Assembly: GCA_039810425.1 (NCBI GenBank)
Contig: JBDHWW010000006.1
Coordinates: forward strand, 1 to 64,000
Length of the DNA: 64,000 nt
Direction of reading: 5' to 3'
Source of the DNA: Pseudobdellovibrionaceae bacterium
GTDB lineage: Bacteria; Bdellovibrionota; Bdellovibrionia; Bdellovibrionales; Bdellovibrionaceae
Below are positions 17,422-28,398 of this stretch, piece by piece. How positions within the stretch are numbered: position 1 is the stretch's first letter; every line of letters starts with the position of its first letter. Made by a program: the position numbers and the translations under genes. The notes below the pieces were generated by a model. It saw only the letters and a list, made by a program, of their open reading frames with translations, had not been told where the DNA came from and did not search any database.

Positions 17422-18462
17422 TTATCTTTGGGAGTATGTTTGTGATTCACCTTTAGCGTTGATCTCAACAACCTTGTTCTTAGAAACCCGAATGACAGGA
17501 AGCTCTTCGCGCGCAACACCCTGTGCATTCATCTTTTCCACCTCAAAAGGCACGAGCTGTTTTACGCCTTTCTTGTCGGGATGAAGCTCATACTGATGCG
17601 CACAGTTCTTAGAGCAAGTATCTTGTTTGAATTTAATCTGCGAACACTCTTCGCAGATCAGCTCTTCGCTGTCGCAACGGGCGCAAGTAATTTTAATTTC
17701 GCTCGGCTGACCACAGTGTGGGCATAGACCGTATTTTGTACTCGGTTGCAGATTCTGATCCAAAGCCACGCGGTGGTCAAAGACAAAGCATTCGCCTTGA
17801 AACTGGTCGTTCGGTTGTTCTTTGATATAGTTTAAAATTCCACCTTCCAACTGGTAAACATTGTCATAGCCCTGTTTTTGCAATTCAAGAATGCCTTTTT
17901 CGCAACGGATTCCGCCAGTGCAGAAAATCAACATCTTCTTATCTTTAGGAATGCCCTGCGCTTCAATGTACTGAGGAAACTCCGTGAACTTTTCAATGTT
18001 AGGATTCAAAGCTCCTTGGAAAGTTCCGATTTTGTACTCATACCAATTACGGGTATCGATCATGACAAAGTCAGACTCCTCTTTTAAAACTTTGTTCCAC
18101 TCTTCAGGAGTGAGATGGTGGTTTTTACCTTCCGGCGGCATCATTTCAGGAATGCCAGTTGTCACAATCTCTTCTCGGATTTTAACTTTGAAACGGCGGA
18201 AGGGGGCTTTCTCGGAGGCCGAATCTTTAAAAAAAAGCTCAGGACTTTTGAAGTACTCACGAATAAACTGCTTCCAAGATTCAAAGCTCCCTGCCGTGCC
18301 GGCGGCGCACGTTGAGTTAAACCCTTCGTGACCAAGGATTACAAGACCTTTAATGTGGAGCTCTTCGGCCTTGGCCTCGAGATCTTTTTGGATTTGTTCG
18401 GGGTTTTCTAAAGCGAGGAATTTGTAAAACGCAGCGACGAAATAGCTTTGAGCTTCTGACAT
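17422..18462 (-). CDS. trhO: rhodanese-domain tRNA uridine(34) hydroxylase (TrhO/YceA, UPF0176)
   Basis: FYKF, EGFN, F.R.KVK.R.EIV, DTRNWYE..IG.F.GA, FCTGGIRCEK, LEGGIL.Y, CFVFD.RV. Confidence 0.88.
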   Translation of the reverse strand: MSEAQSYFVAAFYKFLALENPEQIQKDLEAKAEELHIKGLVILGHEGFNSTCAAGTAGSFESWKQFIREYFKSPELFFKDSASEKAPFRRFKVKIREEIVTTGIPEMMPPEGKNHHLTPEEWNKVLKEESDFVMIDTRNWYEYKIGTFQGALNPNIEKFTEFPQYIEAQGIPKDKKMLIFCTGGIRCEKGILELQKQGYDNVYQLEGGILNYIKEQPNDQFQGECFVFDHRVALDQNLQPSTKYGLCPHCGQPSEIKITCARCDSEELICEECSQIKFKQDTCSKNCAHQYELHPDKKGVKQLVPFEVEKMNAQGVAREELPVIRVSKNKVVEINAKGESQTYSQR

Positions 18463-18569
18463 GGTATGGATACCTCAATGGTCCTGCCTGGGCTCCAAAC
18501 CCAGAGGAGTTGAAAGTTGTGAGGCTTTTATAGGCGAGGTCCCGGCCCGGCGTCAACCCGTCATTCCTT

Positions 18570-18815
18570 TTGCCTGTACATTTTCCAGCCAACCTTAAAC
18601 AAGATAACGAGATTCAGATCCTCGTTGAGACCGTCACGCTTTTGCAGCTCCACCAGTCCCGCGAGCACGATATTAGCAAGATAATTCAGCTCCAGGAGGC
18701 GTTGAGCATGAGCCGCGGGAGCCTTTTCAAAAATTTCCAAAGAGTCGTCATCTTCATTTCGACGGGCCTCGTCGGCGATTTCATCTTTCCGAAAACTCGC
18801 GGTCTTCCTCTTTAA
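18570..18815 (+). CDS. possible small hypothetical protein
   Basis: 81-aa ORF filling an intergenic gap; start uncertain. Confidence 0.3.
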   Translation: MPVHFPANLKQDNEIQILVETVTLLQLHQSREHDISKIIQLQEALSMSRGSLFKNFQRVVIFISTGLVGDFIFPKTRGLPL

Positions 18816-18840
18816 AAAAACTCCAGCTTACTTAGAAAAC

Positions 18841-19329
18841 TTAGCGCTTTTCACCGCGATGGCCGGAGTCTTTGTGCGCCGGATGTTTCCGCACCCTTGG
18901 CGTGTGCTGGTGCAGAGCCAGCTCCTGGTCTGTTTTCATTTCCACTTCCTCAATCCCTCCTGGGGTGTTGCGAAAGGCCGCTCCCAGCTCACTGCGAGGA
19001 CTGTCCTCGTAACCCTGATTTTGTAATCCGCGGATTGAAGCATCCATGGCGTCGGCAGCACGGTCCATTTGTTCTTTCACATCGATTTGGCCTTCAAGGA
19101 AATCATTGGGTTCGTCATCTTCGAGCATGTCCAAAGATTCAGATTTAGCACCCATGTTTTCATCATCAGCCGAACTCAGTTTCTCGGTGAGATCCTGGTC
19201 GGCTAAGATGTCGGCTTCATCGCTCTCATCCTCGGAAGCGCCACCCGCGACGGGGGCTGTAAAGCCGGGGGCCGTGACACGTCCACCTTCTTGCTCGGGT
19301 GCCAGTTTTAAGAATAGAAGGGACAACAT
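18841..19329 (-). CDS. acidic hypothetical protein
   Basis: GAGGAGG RBS before ATG 19329; low-complexity D/E-rich sequence. Confidence 0.6.
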   Translation of the reverse strand: MLSLLFLKLAPEQEGGRVTAPGFTAPVAGGASEDESDEADILADQDLTEKLSSADDENMGAKSESLDMLEDDEPNDFLEGQIDVKEQMDRAADAMDASIRGLQNQGYEDSPRSELGAAFRNTPGGIEEVEMKTDQELALHQHTPRVRKHPAHKDSGHRGEKR

Positions 19330-19531
19330 AAAACCTCCTCGGGAATAGAAGATCACTCCTCATTAACCCGCCAACGAGAAGAGGAGGCTAGATGTATTTC
19401 ATCATATGAGGCCTAAGGTTTTATGCACCACAACAATCAGACGAAATGCCTCTCTCCAGGGTAATTCGCTTGTCCCAGTAATTCCGATCATTTATAACGA
19501 TTTTTTCGCTTCAGAATTTGTAAGGATAAAA

Positions 19532-21136
19532 ATGCTCGCAACTGCCGTTGTTCAAAAAGAAATCCAAAGACGTCGCACTTTTGCGATCATCTCGCATCCC
19601 GATGCCGGAAAGACCACCCTGACTGAAAAACTTCTCTATCATGGTGGCGTAATTCATGAAACGGGCGAGGTCAAAGGCAAGCAGGGCTCTAAGGCCGTGA
19701 CGTCCGACTGGATGGAGCTTGAACGGCAAAAAGGGATTTCGATCACGTCGTCGGTGATGACGTTTGACTACAATCAGCTGCGCGTAAACCTTCTCGATAC
19801 CCCAGGGCATAAAGACTTCTCCGAAGATACCTACCGCGTTTTGATGGCCGTAGAGTCGGCCTGCATGCTGATTGACGTTGCAAAGGGAGTCGAAGAGCGT
19901 ACCAAAAAACTTTACGAAGTTTGCCGTCTTCGCCACATTCCTATTTTTACTTTTGTGAATAAACTCGACCGCGAGGGTAAGGATCCTCTCACGCTCATTG
20001 ACGAGGTTGAAAAAACCCTCAACATGCAATGCTATCCCGTGACTTGGCCTCTCGGGATCGGTCAGCGCTTTCGTGGTATTTACAATCGTTTGACGAAAGA
20101 AATCTGGGTCTACGATCAGCGCCGCGAAGAAGTGGAAGACTACAAAATCATTCCCTTTGAGCCAGGCAAAGACGATGCGATCCTGTATGACTACCTCGAC
20201 AAAGAATCCGCAGACCAAGTGATCGGGGAGTTGGAACTTATTGAAGGAGCCCTTCCGCCGTTTGATGTCCAGGCTTTTCTCAGCGGAGAAATTTCGCCGG
20301 TGACGTTTGGTTCGGCAAAACAGAACTTCGGGGTGGATACATTCCTTAATTTCTTTACGCAGTATGCGCCGGGCCCACAGCCGCGCAAAACCAAAGACGA
20401 CAAAGTGATGGACCCGTGTGATGCGAACTTCACAGGCTTCGTCTTTAAAATCCAAGCCAATATGGATCGCCGTCACCGGGACCGCATTGCCTTTATCCGT
20501 ATTTGCTCGGGTAAATTTGATCGCGGCATGAAGGTTCAGCACTCGCGGCTTGAGCGCGAACTGCGCTTGTCCTATGCCAGCCAATTTGTTGCGGCTGATA
20601 AAGAAACCATCGAAGACGCCTACGCCGGCGATATCGTCGGCGTCGGTGATACCGGCAACTTCGCCATCGGCGACTGTGTTTCAGCCAGTGGCAAGGTGCG
20701 CTTTGAAGATATTCCTAAATTCGCCCCAGAGCTTTTCGGTAAGCTCAGTGTGCGCGATGCCTTGAAGCGCCAGAAAATGCAAGAGGCCTTGAAGCATTTG
20801 TCAGAAGAGGGCGCCATTCAGCTCTTCTACGATCCAGTGTTTGGTCCGCAGGACCCCATCGTGGGAGCGGTGGGCGAGCTGCAATTTGAAGTTTTGCTCC
20901 ATCGCTTGCAGGACGAATACAACCTTGAAGTGAAATTGAACCGCCTGCCTTTCACGGTGGCCCGTTGGCCGCGGGTGGATGGAAAGTCCGTGGATCAACT
21001 CAATGGTGGGTTTACAATCTATCGCGATATGATTGAGCAACCTGTGATTTTACTGAATCAAGAGTGGGATCTTAACTGGGCCCAACGTGAAAACCCTAAA
21101 GTCGAATTTGCCACCTCCATCAGCCGAGCTCGTTAG
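19532..21136 (+). CDS. prfC: peptide chain release factor 3
   Basis: RRTFAIISHPDAGKTTLTEK, SDWM..E...GISITSS, DTPGH.DFSEDTYR, NKLD, GAVGELQFEV. Confidence 0.97.
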   Translation: MLATAVVQKEIQRRRTFAIISHPDAGKTTLTEKLLYHGGVIHETGEVKGKQGSKAVTSDWMELERQKGISITSSVMTFDYNQLRVNLLDTPGHKDFSEDTYRVLMAVESACMLIDVAKGVEERTKKLYEVCRLRHIPIFTFVNKLDREGKDPLTLIDEVEKTLNMQCYPVTWPLGIGQRFRGIYNRLTKEIWVYDQRREEVEDYKIIPFEPGKDDAILYDYLDKESADQVIGELELIEGALPPFDVQAFLSGEISPVTFGSAKQNFGVDTFLNFFTQYAPGPQPRKTKDDKVMDPCDANFTGFVFKIQANMDRRHRDRIAFIRICSGKFDRGMKVQHSRLERELRLSYASQFVAADKETIEDAYAGDIVGVGDTGNFAIGDCVSASGKVRFEDIPKFAPELFGKLSVRDALKRQKMQEALKHLSEEGAIQLFYDPVFGPQDPIVGAVGELQFEVLLHRLQDEYNLEVKLNRLPFTVARWPRVDGKSVDQLNGGFTIYRDMIEQPVILLNQEWDLNWAQRENPKVEFATSISRAR

Positions 21137-21138
21137 CT

Positions 21139-22077
21139 ATGCCAAACCCCCTGGAAATACAACATCTCAAGAAATTCTACGGAGCCGGCAGTTTCGCAGT
21201 GGAGGCCGTGCGCGACGTCAGTTTCGAAGTTCGTCCCGCGGAAATTTTTGGACTGCTCGGTCCGAACGGCGCTGGCAAGACAACGATTATCTCGATTGTC
21301 ACGACACTTGAAAAACCGACTTCAGGATCCGCCAAAGTCTTTGGCGAAGATGTTGGTGTAAATCCGATGTTCACCAAGCGCCAAATCGGTGTGGTACATC
21401 AAGAAGTGATCAATTCAGGATATTTCGACGTTGAAGAGATTCTCGAGTTCCAATCGGGATATTACGGTTTTCGAAAAAACACTGAGCGCATTCACTTCTT
21501 ACTTCACAAATTAAATCTTTTTGAACACCGCCATAAAAAAGTAAAACAACTTTCCGGCGGCATGAAGCGCCGGCTGATGATCGCAAAGGCGCTGGTGCAT
21601 AATCCAAAGCTATTGCTTTTGGATGAGCCGACGGCTGGCGTGGATATCAGCCTGCGCGAAACGCTGTGGGATTTTGTTCGCGAACTTAAAAAAGAAGGCA
21701 TGAGCATTTTGCTGACGACCCACTATCTGGAAGAAGCGGAAATGCTCTGTGATCGCGTGGGCATTATCAACCGCGGTAAAGTCGAAACCATGGGGCCAAC
21801 AAAAGGAATCATCAAAGACTTCACTCAGCGTGAAATGATCCTCACCCTCAATCGCGGCATCACCGTGCCAAAAGAAATGCTTCTCGAGAAGAAGGAAAAC
21901 ACGTATCGGATTTTAGTGCCGTCCGATTCTAACATTGGCAAAGTGCTCACGGACCTGCATGTGGAAAGCTCCATGATTGGCGATATTGAAATCATAGAAG
22001 GCAGTCTTGAACAGGCGTTTCTACGCGTTCTTAAGACGCCAGAAAAAAGTGTTAAGACAAAGGATATTCATTTATGA
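21139..22077 (+). CDS. ABC transporter ATP-binding protein (YadG-like)
   Basis: GPNGAGKT, LSGGMKRR, LLLDEPT. Confidence 0.92.
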   Translation: MPNPLEIQHLKKFYGAGSFAVEAVRDVSFEVRPAEIFGLLGPNGAGKTTIISIVTTLEKPTSGSAKVFGEDVGVNPMFTKRQIGVVHQEVINSGYFDVEEILEFQSGYYGFRKNTERIHFLLHKLNLFEHRHKKVKQLSGGMKRRLMIAKALVHNPKLLLLDEPTAGVDISLRETLWDFVRELKKEGMSILLTTHYLEEAEMLCDRVGIINRGKVETMGPTKGIIKDFTQREMILTLNRGITVPKEMLLEKKENTYRILVPSDSNIGKVLTDLHVESSMIGDIEIIEGSLEQAFLRVLKTPEKSVKTKDIHL

Positions 22078-22853
22078 TGACCACAGGTTTTATCACTCTT
22101 TTTATGCGCGAAATTAAGCGTTTCATGAAAGTTGTCGTGCAAACGGTCGTGACTCCTTTTGTGAGTTCCTTCTTATACCTCCTAGTGTTTGGCGTGTCTT
22201 TGGGATCTCAGATGCGGGTTCATGGTGGTGTTCCCTACTTGGCTTTTCTGATTCCGGGACTCATGATGATGGGGCTGATGAATAATGCTTTTCAAAACTC
22301 GGCGTCGTCGATCGTTTCATCGAAGTTCTCCGGGGATCTTGAGGACATTCGCGTAGCTCCGATCACCAACCAGCAAATCATCTGGGCGCTCAGTCTCGGC
22401 GGCGTTGTTCGTGGAGGCCTTGTGGCGTTTGTGACGTATTTGGTGGGGGCGGTGTTTTACTACCTCGAGCAGCGCGAGGTGCTCGCGATCCTTCATCCCG
22501 TGGCTTTGATTTATTTCGTCATCATGGGTGGTTTGATTTTTGGAATGATTGGGATCGCCGTGGCTTTCTGGGCAAGCAACTTTGACCAATTAAGTGCATT
22601 CAGTGCGTTTGTGCTTTTACCATTGACCTATTTGGGGGGCGTCTTTATTTCTGTTGAAAGCCTTCATCCATTTTGGCAAATGGTCGCTAAACTCAATCCG
22701 CTCTTATACCTTATTAACGGCCTTCGTTACGGCGTTCTCGGGGTGAGCGACGTGGACGTCGCCCTGGCGGTGATATTGAGTCTTATTGGCTTTGTGGTGT
22801 TTTATGGGGTTTCTTTATTGGCGCTTCGTAAAGGCTCCTTCCAAAGATGGTAA
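22074..22853 (+). CDS. ABC-2 type permease (YadH-like)
   Basis: Multi-TM; YLAFLIPGLMMM, PLTYLGGVF, NPLLYLINGLRYG. Confidence 0.9.
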   Translation: MMTTGFITLFMREIKRFMKVVVQTVVTPFVSSFLYLLVFGVSLGSQMRVHGGVPYLAFLIPGLMMMGLMNNAFQNSASSIVSSKFSGDLEDIRVAPITNQQIIWALSLGGVVRGGLVAFVTYLVGAVFYYLEQREVLAILHPVALIYFVIMGGLIFGMIGIAVAFWASNFDQLSAFSAFVLLPLTYLGGVFISVESLHPFWQMVAKLNPLLYLINGLRYGVLGVSDVDVALAVILSLIGFVVFYGVSLLALRKGSFQRW

Positions 22854-22943
22854 TAGGCTTGCCGCAGCAGGCGGGGCTTATGGATTCTTTGCTTGTGATT
22901 TTGAAATTTGATGAATAGGGATGAGTCCTGACTAGAGGGAAAA

Positions 22944-24278
22944 ATGTTCGAGAATCTATCAGATAAAATTATGGCGAGCCTGAAAAAGGTCCGCGGCCAA
23001 AATAAGATCTCCGAGAGCAACATCGAAGAGGCGATCAAAGAAATCCGCCTGAGTTTGCTTGAGGCCGACGTGAACTTCAAAGTGGTAAAGGCTTTCATTG
23101 ATAAAGTGAAAATCCAAGCCCTCGGTCACGAGGTCCTCACGAATGTGAATCCTGGACAGCAATTTGTTAAAATCGTTCACGACGAACTTGTCAATGTCCT
23201 TGGCGGCGGCGCCGTGGATGTGAACGTCCGGGAAAATCCCAGTGTGATTTTTCTCGTCGGTCTTCAAGGGGCCGGTAAAACAACAACCTCCGCGAAGTTA
23301 AGTCTCTATATCCGCCAGAAGCTTGGTAAAAAACCGGGACTTGTGCCCGCGGACATCTATCGCCCAGCGGCGATTGAGCAATTGCAGACGCTGGCAAAGG
23401 CGAACAACATTCCATGCTTTCCAACTCAAGCGGGACAAAAACCGGAAGAAATTCTTGAGCAGGCGAAAAAATGGGCCCGCGAGAATATGGTCGATGTGGT
23501 GATTGTGGATACGGCGGGCCGTTTGCAAATCGACGATCAATTAATGACAGAGTTGCAGAACTTAAAAAACATCTGGACTCCACAAGAGGTTTTGCTCGTT
23601 GCTGATGCGATGTTGGGGCAACAGTCTGTCAATGTGGCTGAGGGTTTCCATCAGCGCCTGGGGCTGACAGGCCTTGTTCTTACGAAAGTGGACGGGGATG
23701 CGCGTGGCGGGGCGGCGCTCAGTATCCGTGAAGTGACTGGTATACCGATTAAATTTCTTGGCGTGGGTGAAAAAGTCGCAGCGCTTGAGGTGTTCCATCC
23801 AGACCGTCTTGCGTCTCGAATTTTGGATATGGGTGACGTTTTGTCCCTAGTTGAAAAAGCTCAAGAGGTGATTGATGAAAAATCGGCGCGTGAAAGCGCT
23901 CGTAAAATGGCCAAGAATGAATTTGATCTCGAAGATTTCTTAAGTCAGATTCAACAGTTGAAAAAACTTGGTGGGATGGAGAGTCTGCTGAAATTTTTAC
24001 CGGGCATGGGCGAGCTCTCAAAGCAGCTCAAGAATATGACTCCGCCGGATCAAGAGATCAAAAAACTTGAGGCGATCATTCGTTCGATGACCCCTCAAGA
24101 ACGAAAAAACCACAAGATATTAAATGCTTCGCGTCGCCAACGCATTGCAAGTGGTAGCGGAACCCAGGTTCAAGATGTCAATAAGCTGATTAAGCAGTTT
24201 GAAGACGCAAAGAAAATGATGAGCGGGATCATGAAAATGGGAATGGGTCGAGGCGGAGGAATGAAGTTCCCATTTTAA
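22944..24278 (+). CDS. ffh: signal recognition particle protein
   Basis: LLEADV, GLQGAGKTT, DTAGR, TKVDGDARGGAALS, Met-rich M domain. Confidence 0.98.
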   Translation: MFENLSDKIMASLKKVRGQNKISESNIEEAIKEIRLSLLEADVNFKVVKAFIDKVKIQALGHEVLTNVNPGQQFVKIVHDELVNVLGGGAVDVNVRENPSVIFLVGLQGAGKTTTSAKLSLYIRQKLGKKPGLVPADIYRPAAIEQLQTLAKANNIPCFPTQAGQKPEEILEQAKKWARENMVDVVIVDTAGRLQIDDQLMTELQNLKNIWTPQEVLLVADAMLGQQSVNVAEGFHQRLGLTGLVLTKVDGDARGGAALSIREVTGIPIKFLGVGEKVAALEVFHPDRLASRILDMGDVLSLVEKAQEVIDEKSARESARKMAKNEFDLEDFLSQIQQLKKLGGMESLLKFLPGMGELSKQLKNMTPPDQEIKKLEAIIRSMTPQERKNHKILNASRRQRIASGSGTQVQDVNKLIKQFEDAKKMMSGIMKMGMGRGGGMKFPF

Positions 24279-24389
24279 CGCTTGATCTCTTTTTACAAAA
24301 AAGGTAGACCAGTCGTCTTGTTAATTGTTTTTTTTATAAATGTTTGCTAAATATTTAGCTGTTTAAAAAAAGTTGATAAAGAGGATTCC

Positions 24390-24641
24390 ATGGCAGTTGT
24401 TATTCGTTTGGCTCGTACAGGTGCAAAACACACCCCTAAATACCGTATCACAGTGGCTGATTCTCGCCGCTATGTGACTGGTAAGCACCTCGAAGTTATC
24501 GGTACTTACATCCCAACACCACAAGGTGCTGATCAAAAAGTCAAAATTGACATGGATAAATACAATGAGTGGGTTAAAAAAGGTGCTCAGCCTTCTGACC
24601 GCGTAAAGCACGTGGTTAAGCTTGCTCAAACTGCAAAATAA
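24390..24641 (+). CDS. rpsP: 30S ribosomal protein S16
   Basis: MAVVIRLARTGAKHTPKYRITVADSR...GAQPSDRV; located after ffh. Confidence 0.97.
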   Translation: MAVVIRLARTGAKHTPKYRITVADSRRYVTGKHLEVIGTYIPTPQGADQKVKIDMDKYNEWVKKGAQPSDRVKHVVKLAQTAK

Positions 24642-24711
24642 TTAAAAAAATAACCAGGTCCTATTACGGGGCCTTGGAATGTTATTGCGGACACATGATG
24701 TGGAGGAACTC

Positions 24712-24951
24712 ATGGAAAATCTTAAAGACCTCGTTGAATTTATGGCGAAATCTTTGGTTGATAAACCAGAGCACGTAGAAGTAGACGAGATCCCTGGACA
24801 ACAAACAACTTTATTGGCTTTGAAAGTTGATAAAGAAGATCTAGGTAAAGTTATCGGTAAGCAAGGTAAGACCGCAGCGGCAATGAGAACGATCATTCGC
24901 GCAGCGGGCACTAAGCTGAACAAACGTTACCACCTTGATATCGTCGAGTAG
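24712..24951 (+). CDS. khpA: KH-domain RNA-binding protein
   Basis: DLGKVIGKQGKTAAAMRTI; between rpsP and rimM; GGAGG RBS. Confidence 0.92.
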   Translation: MENLKDLVEFMAKSLVDKPEHVEVDEIPGQQTTLLALKVDKEDLGKVIGKQGKTAAAMRTIIRAAGTKLNKRYHLDIVE

Positions 24952-24985
24952 CATCAACTAGTTTCTGCAACAAAGTTTCAAAGTT

Positions 24986-25012
24986 AAAAAAGGGGCTTAA
25001 GGCCCCTTTTTT
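24986..25012 (+). terminator. rho-independent terminator
   Basis: AAAAAAGGGGCTTAAGGCCCCTTTTTT. Confidence 0.85.
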
Positions 25013-25110
25013 ATTTTAAAAAGATTTCGAAAATTGTGTTCACTGATTGCGAGCACACCGTCGACGTGGCAGGCTGCGTACCGTACGTTCACTAAATATT
25101 GGATTCGTTT

Positions 25111-25632
25111 ATGGAAATGAAGTTAGTTGGAAAAGTGAAGGACGCACACGGACTTAAAGGTGAACTTTATGTCCTTGTCTTCTCCGGCGAAGTATCTTGG
25201 GCAAAAAAACTGAAGACCTTTGAGTTGCGCTCGCCAAAAACCGGTGAAACCATGGCTTTTGATGTCGAGAAAATGAAGCCTTTCAAGCAGGGGCTTATTC
25301 TGAAGCCGGCAACGATGGCTGACAGAAATGCAGCTGAAGCCGTGAAGGGCTATGAGTTCTACATCCCCGCTGATGTTTTCATTTCAAAGCCGGGCGAGAC
25401 TATTTTTCTGAATGAGATTGTGGGTTTTGTGGTGAAAAATGTGGCCCAGGAAGCCATCGGCCCGATCAAGGGTTTCTCTTCAAACGGGGCCCAGGATTTA
25501 CTCTTAGTTGAAACGGCGAAGGGCCAAGCTGAGATTCCATTTGTTGAAGCTTTCATTAAAAAAATCGACTTCAAGCACAAAACCGTGGTGATGGATTTGC
25601 CTGAAGGTCTTTTAGATCTCGAGAACCTCTAA
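25111..25632 (+). CDS. rimM: 16S rRNA processing protein RimM
   Basis: [33 protein letters not shown].....V..DLPEGL. Confidence 0.93.
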   Translation: MEMKLVGKVKDAHGLKGELYVLVFSGEVSWAKKLKTFELRSPKTGETMAFDVEKMKPFKQGLILKPATMADRNAAEAVKGYEFYIPADVFISKPGETIFLNEIVGFVVKNVAQEAIGPIKGFSSNGAQDLLLVETAKGQAEIPFVEAFIKKIDFKHKTVVMDLPEGLLDLENL

Positions 25633-26426
25633 TGGCTTTTCGGTTTCAGGTCATCACAGTCTTTCCGGAAATGATTGCCGCTGCGATGTCAGTGGGAGTT
25701 TTTTCACAGGCAGTGAAAACCTCCCTATTGTCTCTCTCCTGCATAAATCCACGTGATTTTACGACGGACCCTCACCGCACTGTGGATGATCGTCCCTTTG
25801 GTGGTGGGGATGGCATGATTATGCTGCCGGAGCCTCTAGAAAAGTCTATTGCAGCGGCCAAGGCCGGGCAGCCGGAGGCAAAGGTCTTCTATCTATCGCC
25901 TCAAGGAAAGCCGCTCACGCACGAAAAAGCCCAAGAGCTTTCACAAAACCCAGGATTGATTTTAATATGCGGTCGCTATGGCGGTATCGATCAACGCGTG
26001 ATTAATAAATTTGTCGATGAAGAAATCTCAACCGGTGATTACGTCATCTCCGGTGGGGAGCTTGCCGCTTGCGTTCTGATGGATGCAGTTTCTCGTTTTG
26101 TGCCGGGCGTGCTTGGCCACAAAGATTCCGTAGACAAAGATAGCTTCGCGGAAGGTCTCTTAGAGCACCCCAACTTTACCCGTCCGCGTGAATATCACGG
26201 GCAGGGGGTGCCTGAAGTCCTTGTTGGCGGCAATCATAAGAAAATCAATGAGTGGAAAGAGTTGGTTTCCTTCCTGGTGACCTTGCAAAAACGCCCGGAC
26301 CTGATTCGCAAAGCCGAAGACCAAAAGCAGCTCACGGCGGCCTATCGCCTTTGGAACTCTATGACTATCGAAGAGCGTAAGCTTTTAGGGCTTCATAAGC
26401 TGAGCGAGGGAGATTTTCATGGCTGA
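25632..26426 (+). CDS. trmD: tRNA (guanine37-N1)-methyltransferase
   Basis: [44 protein letters not shown]. Confidence 0.96.
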   Translation: MAFRFQVITVFPEMIAAAMSVGVFSQAVKTSLLSLSCINPRDFTTDPHRTVDDRPFGGGDGMIMLPEPLEKSIAAAKAGQPEAKVFYLSPQGKPLTHEKAQELSQNPGLILICGRYGGIDQRVINKFVDEEISTGDYVISGGELAACVLMDAVSRFVPGVLGHKDSVDKDSFAEGLLEHPNFTRPREYHGQGVPEVLVGGNHKKINEWKELVSFLVTLQKRPDLIRKAEDQKQLTAAYRLWNSMTIEERKLLGLHKLSEGDFHG

Positions 26427-27000
26427 GAAACCGTATGTGCCGAGACTGGCCATCGGCCTTGTTCACTATCCAATTGAAGATAAAGAAAAGAAAATTGTTG
26501 CGACGAATATCACAAATTTCGATATTCATGACATCGCGCGTGCTGCACGTATGTACCAGGTGGAAAATTACTATCTGATCCACCCGATGCAGGAGCAACT
26601 GATGTTTGTTGAGCGCGTGTTGGATCACTGGAGAACGGGGCAGGGGGCGAAGTTCAACCCCTCGCGCCGCCGTGCTTTAGAACGCGTAAAAACTGCCGAG
26701 AGCTTCGAAAAAGCCTTTCTCGACTGGGGGGTTCCTGAGGCCCTCACCGTGGCCACGCATGCCCGCCCGATAGAAGGGGTCGAGACTTTGAGTTTCCGAG
26801 GCCTTCGCGAACGGATGCATGACGAAAAAAAGCCGTGTTTTCTGCTATTTGGTACGGGTTATGGGCTTACTGAGGAGTTCATGAAGGGCTGCTCGGCGAT
26901 CCTCGAGCCGATCAAAGGGACTCCGCCGGATGATTTTCGACACCTTTCAGTTCGATCGGCGGTAAGTATCTGTCTTGACCGCATCATGGGGGCATGGTAA
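26419..27000 (+). CDS. SPOUT RNA methyltransferase (TM1570-like, trmD-associated)
   Basis: [34 protein letters not shown]. Confidence 0.85.
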   Translation: MAEKPYVPRLAIGLVHYPIEDKEKKIVATNITNFDIHDIARAARMYQVENYYLIHPMQEQLMFVERVLDHWRTGQGAKFNPSRRRALERVKTAESFEKAFLDWGVPEALTVATHARPIEGVETLSFRGLRERMHDEKKPCFLLFGTGYGLTEEFMKGCSAILEPIKGTPPDDFRHLSVRSAVSICLDRIMGAW

Positions 27001-27035
27001 CACCTCCCTTTACTTTTATATCCATGGGGAAAAAA

Positions 27036-27449
27036 ATGGCTAAAGCTGCAAAGAAAACAACGACTAAAGAAGTTAAAGAAACGAACTTGGTTCGCCGTGT
27101 CACTCAACGTGCTGCTAATAAAAACATCAACACGTTCAAGTCTGGCGACACAGTGAACGTTTATGTAAAAGTAAAAGAAGGCGAAAAAGAGCGCGTTCAG
27201 CTCTACAAAGGCATCGTTACTAAAATTCAAGGTAACGGCGTTGCTAAGTCTTTCACTGTTCGCAAAATTTCTGCGGGCGTTGGTGTTGAGAGAACTTTCC
27301 CGTTTGTAAGCCCGGCACTTGATCGTGTTGAAACCGTGGCTCACGGTAAAATACGCCGCTCTAAACTTTACTACCTCCGTGACCTTGATGGTAAGGCGGC
27401 TAAGATCACTTCTGAGATTGCAACTAAAGAGTCTGTTGCTGCTGAGTAA
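27036..27449 (+). CDS. rplS: 50S ribosomal protein L19
   Basis: [47 protein letters not shown]. Confidence 0.97.
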   Translation: MAKAAKKTTTKEVKETNLVRRVTQRAANKNINTFKSGDTVNVYVKVKEGEKERVQLYKGIVTKIQGNGVAKSFTVRKISAGVGVERTFPFVSPALDRVETVAHGKIRRSKLYYLRDLDGKAAKITSEIATKESVAAE

Positions 27450-27452
27450 TTA

Positions 27453-28076
27453 ATGAAATCATTCGAGCCAATTGATTGGCGAAGCTTCTGCACGGACGAC
27501 TCCGACTTTAGAATCATCGGAGTCGATGAGGTCGGCAGAGGTTGTTTGGCGGGCCCGGTTTACGCGTCCGCCGTTTCTTTTAATTCAGATCATCTCTCCG
27601 ATCTTGTCACGGATTCGAAACTCTTGTCCGAAAAACGACGGACGGACCTCTCTATTGAAATTCAAAAGCATCACCACGTCGGTATCGGCTTTGCAACCGT
27701 TGAGGAAATTGATGATCTCAATATTCTTCAGGCCTCGTTATTAGCAATGAAGCGCGCCGTGGAGGCTCTTGGTTTTGTAAAAGGGCATCTCTTGATTGAT
27801 GGCAATCAGAAGATCCCGAACATGGTTAAGGCGTTTCAGCAAACAACCGTCGTGAAAGGCGATCTGCGCGTGGCACCGATCTCGGCCGCTTCCATCGTCG
27901 CGAAAGTGACGCGTGATGAGCTGATGAAGAACTTGGGTACTGAATTCCCACACTATGGATTTGAAGCGCACAAGGGCTATTCGACAGCCGTTCATAAGAA
28001 ATCAATTGCCGAGCACGGGCCCTGTAAGTGGCACCGTAGATCGTTCTCAGGCGTTAAAGAGCACCTCTCTTTGTAA
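27453..28076 (+). CDS. rnhB: ribonuclease HII
   Basis: [40 protein letters not shown]. Confidence 0.96.
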   Translation: MKSFEPIDWRSFCTDDSDFRIIGVDEVGRGCLAGPVYASAVSFNSDHLSDLVTDSKLLSEKRRTDLSIEIQKHHHVGIGFATVEEIDDLNILQASLLAMKRAVEALGFVKGHLLIDGNQKIPNMVKAFQQTTVVKGDLRVAPISAASIVAKVTRDELMKNLGTEFPHYGFEAHKGYSTAVHKKSIAEHGPCKWHRRSFSGVKEHLSL

Positions 28077-28398
28077 GGCGCACGCGCAAGGTCTTCGGGC
28101 TGAAGAGCGCGTGATTCAGTTCCTTCAACGCAAAAATTTAAAAATATTGAAGACACGCTGGCGCACAACTTATGCGGAAATTGATATTCTGGCGGAAAGC
28201 GCCCGCAAAGAGCTTTGGATTTTTGAAGTCAAAAGCCTCAGTCATTTTGACTTTCTTGACGTGCGGGTTTCACGCCGGCAAAAGGAGCGGCTGAAAAGGG
28301 CCTTCATGTTTGTCCAAGGAAAGACCCGTCGGCCCGTGCGTATCGCGCTCGCCTTTGTCGATAAAGCCGGTGAAGTTTTAATAATCGAAAATTTCTAG
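27955..28398 (+). CDS. yraN: YraN family nuclease-fold protein (start uncertain, probably near the rnhB stop)
   Basis: G..AE..V..FL, EIDI, IFEVK; usual position after rnhB. Confidence 0.7.
   Translation: MDLKRTRAIRQPFIRNQLPSTGPVSGTVDRSQALKSTSLCKAHAQGLRAEERVIQFLQRKNLKILKTRWRTTYAEIDILAESARKELWIFEVKSLSHFDFLDVRVSRRQKERLKRAFMFVQGKTRRPVRIALAFVDKAGEVLIIENF

Noticed and set aside
19511..20584. 357-aa antisense ORF (and similar long ones opposite argS, pyk, scoA, thiolase, feoB and 42833-43588)
   Set aside because: Shadow ORFs on the reverse strand of well-conserved genes, with no motifs.
22944..28398. KH protein and extra SPOUT methyltransferase in the ffh-rplS cluster as a novelty
   Set aside because: This gene order is a well-known conserved arrangement.
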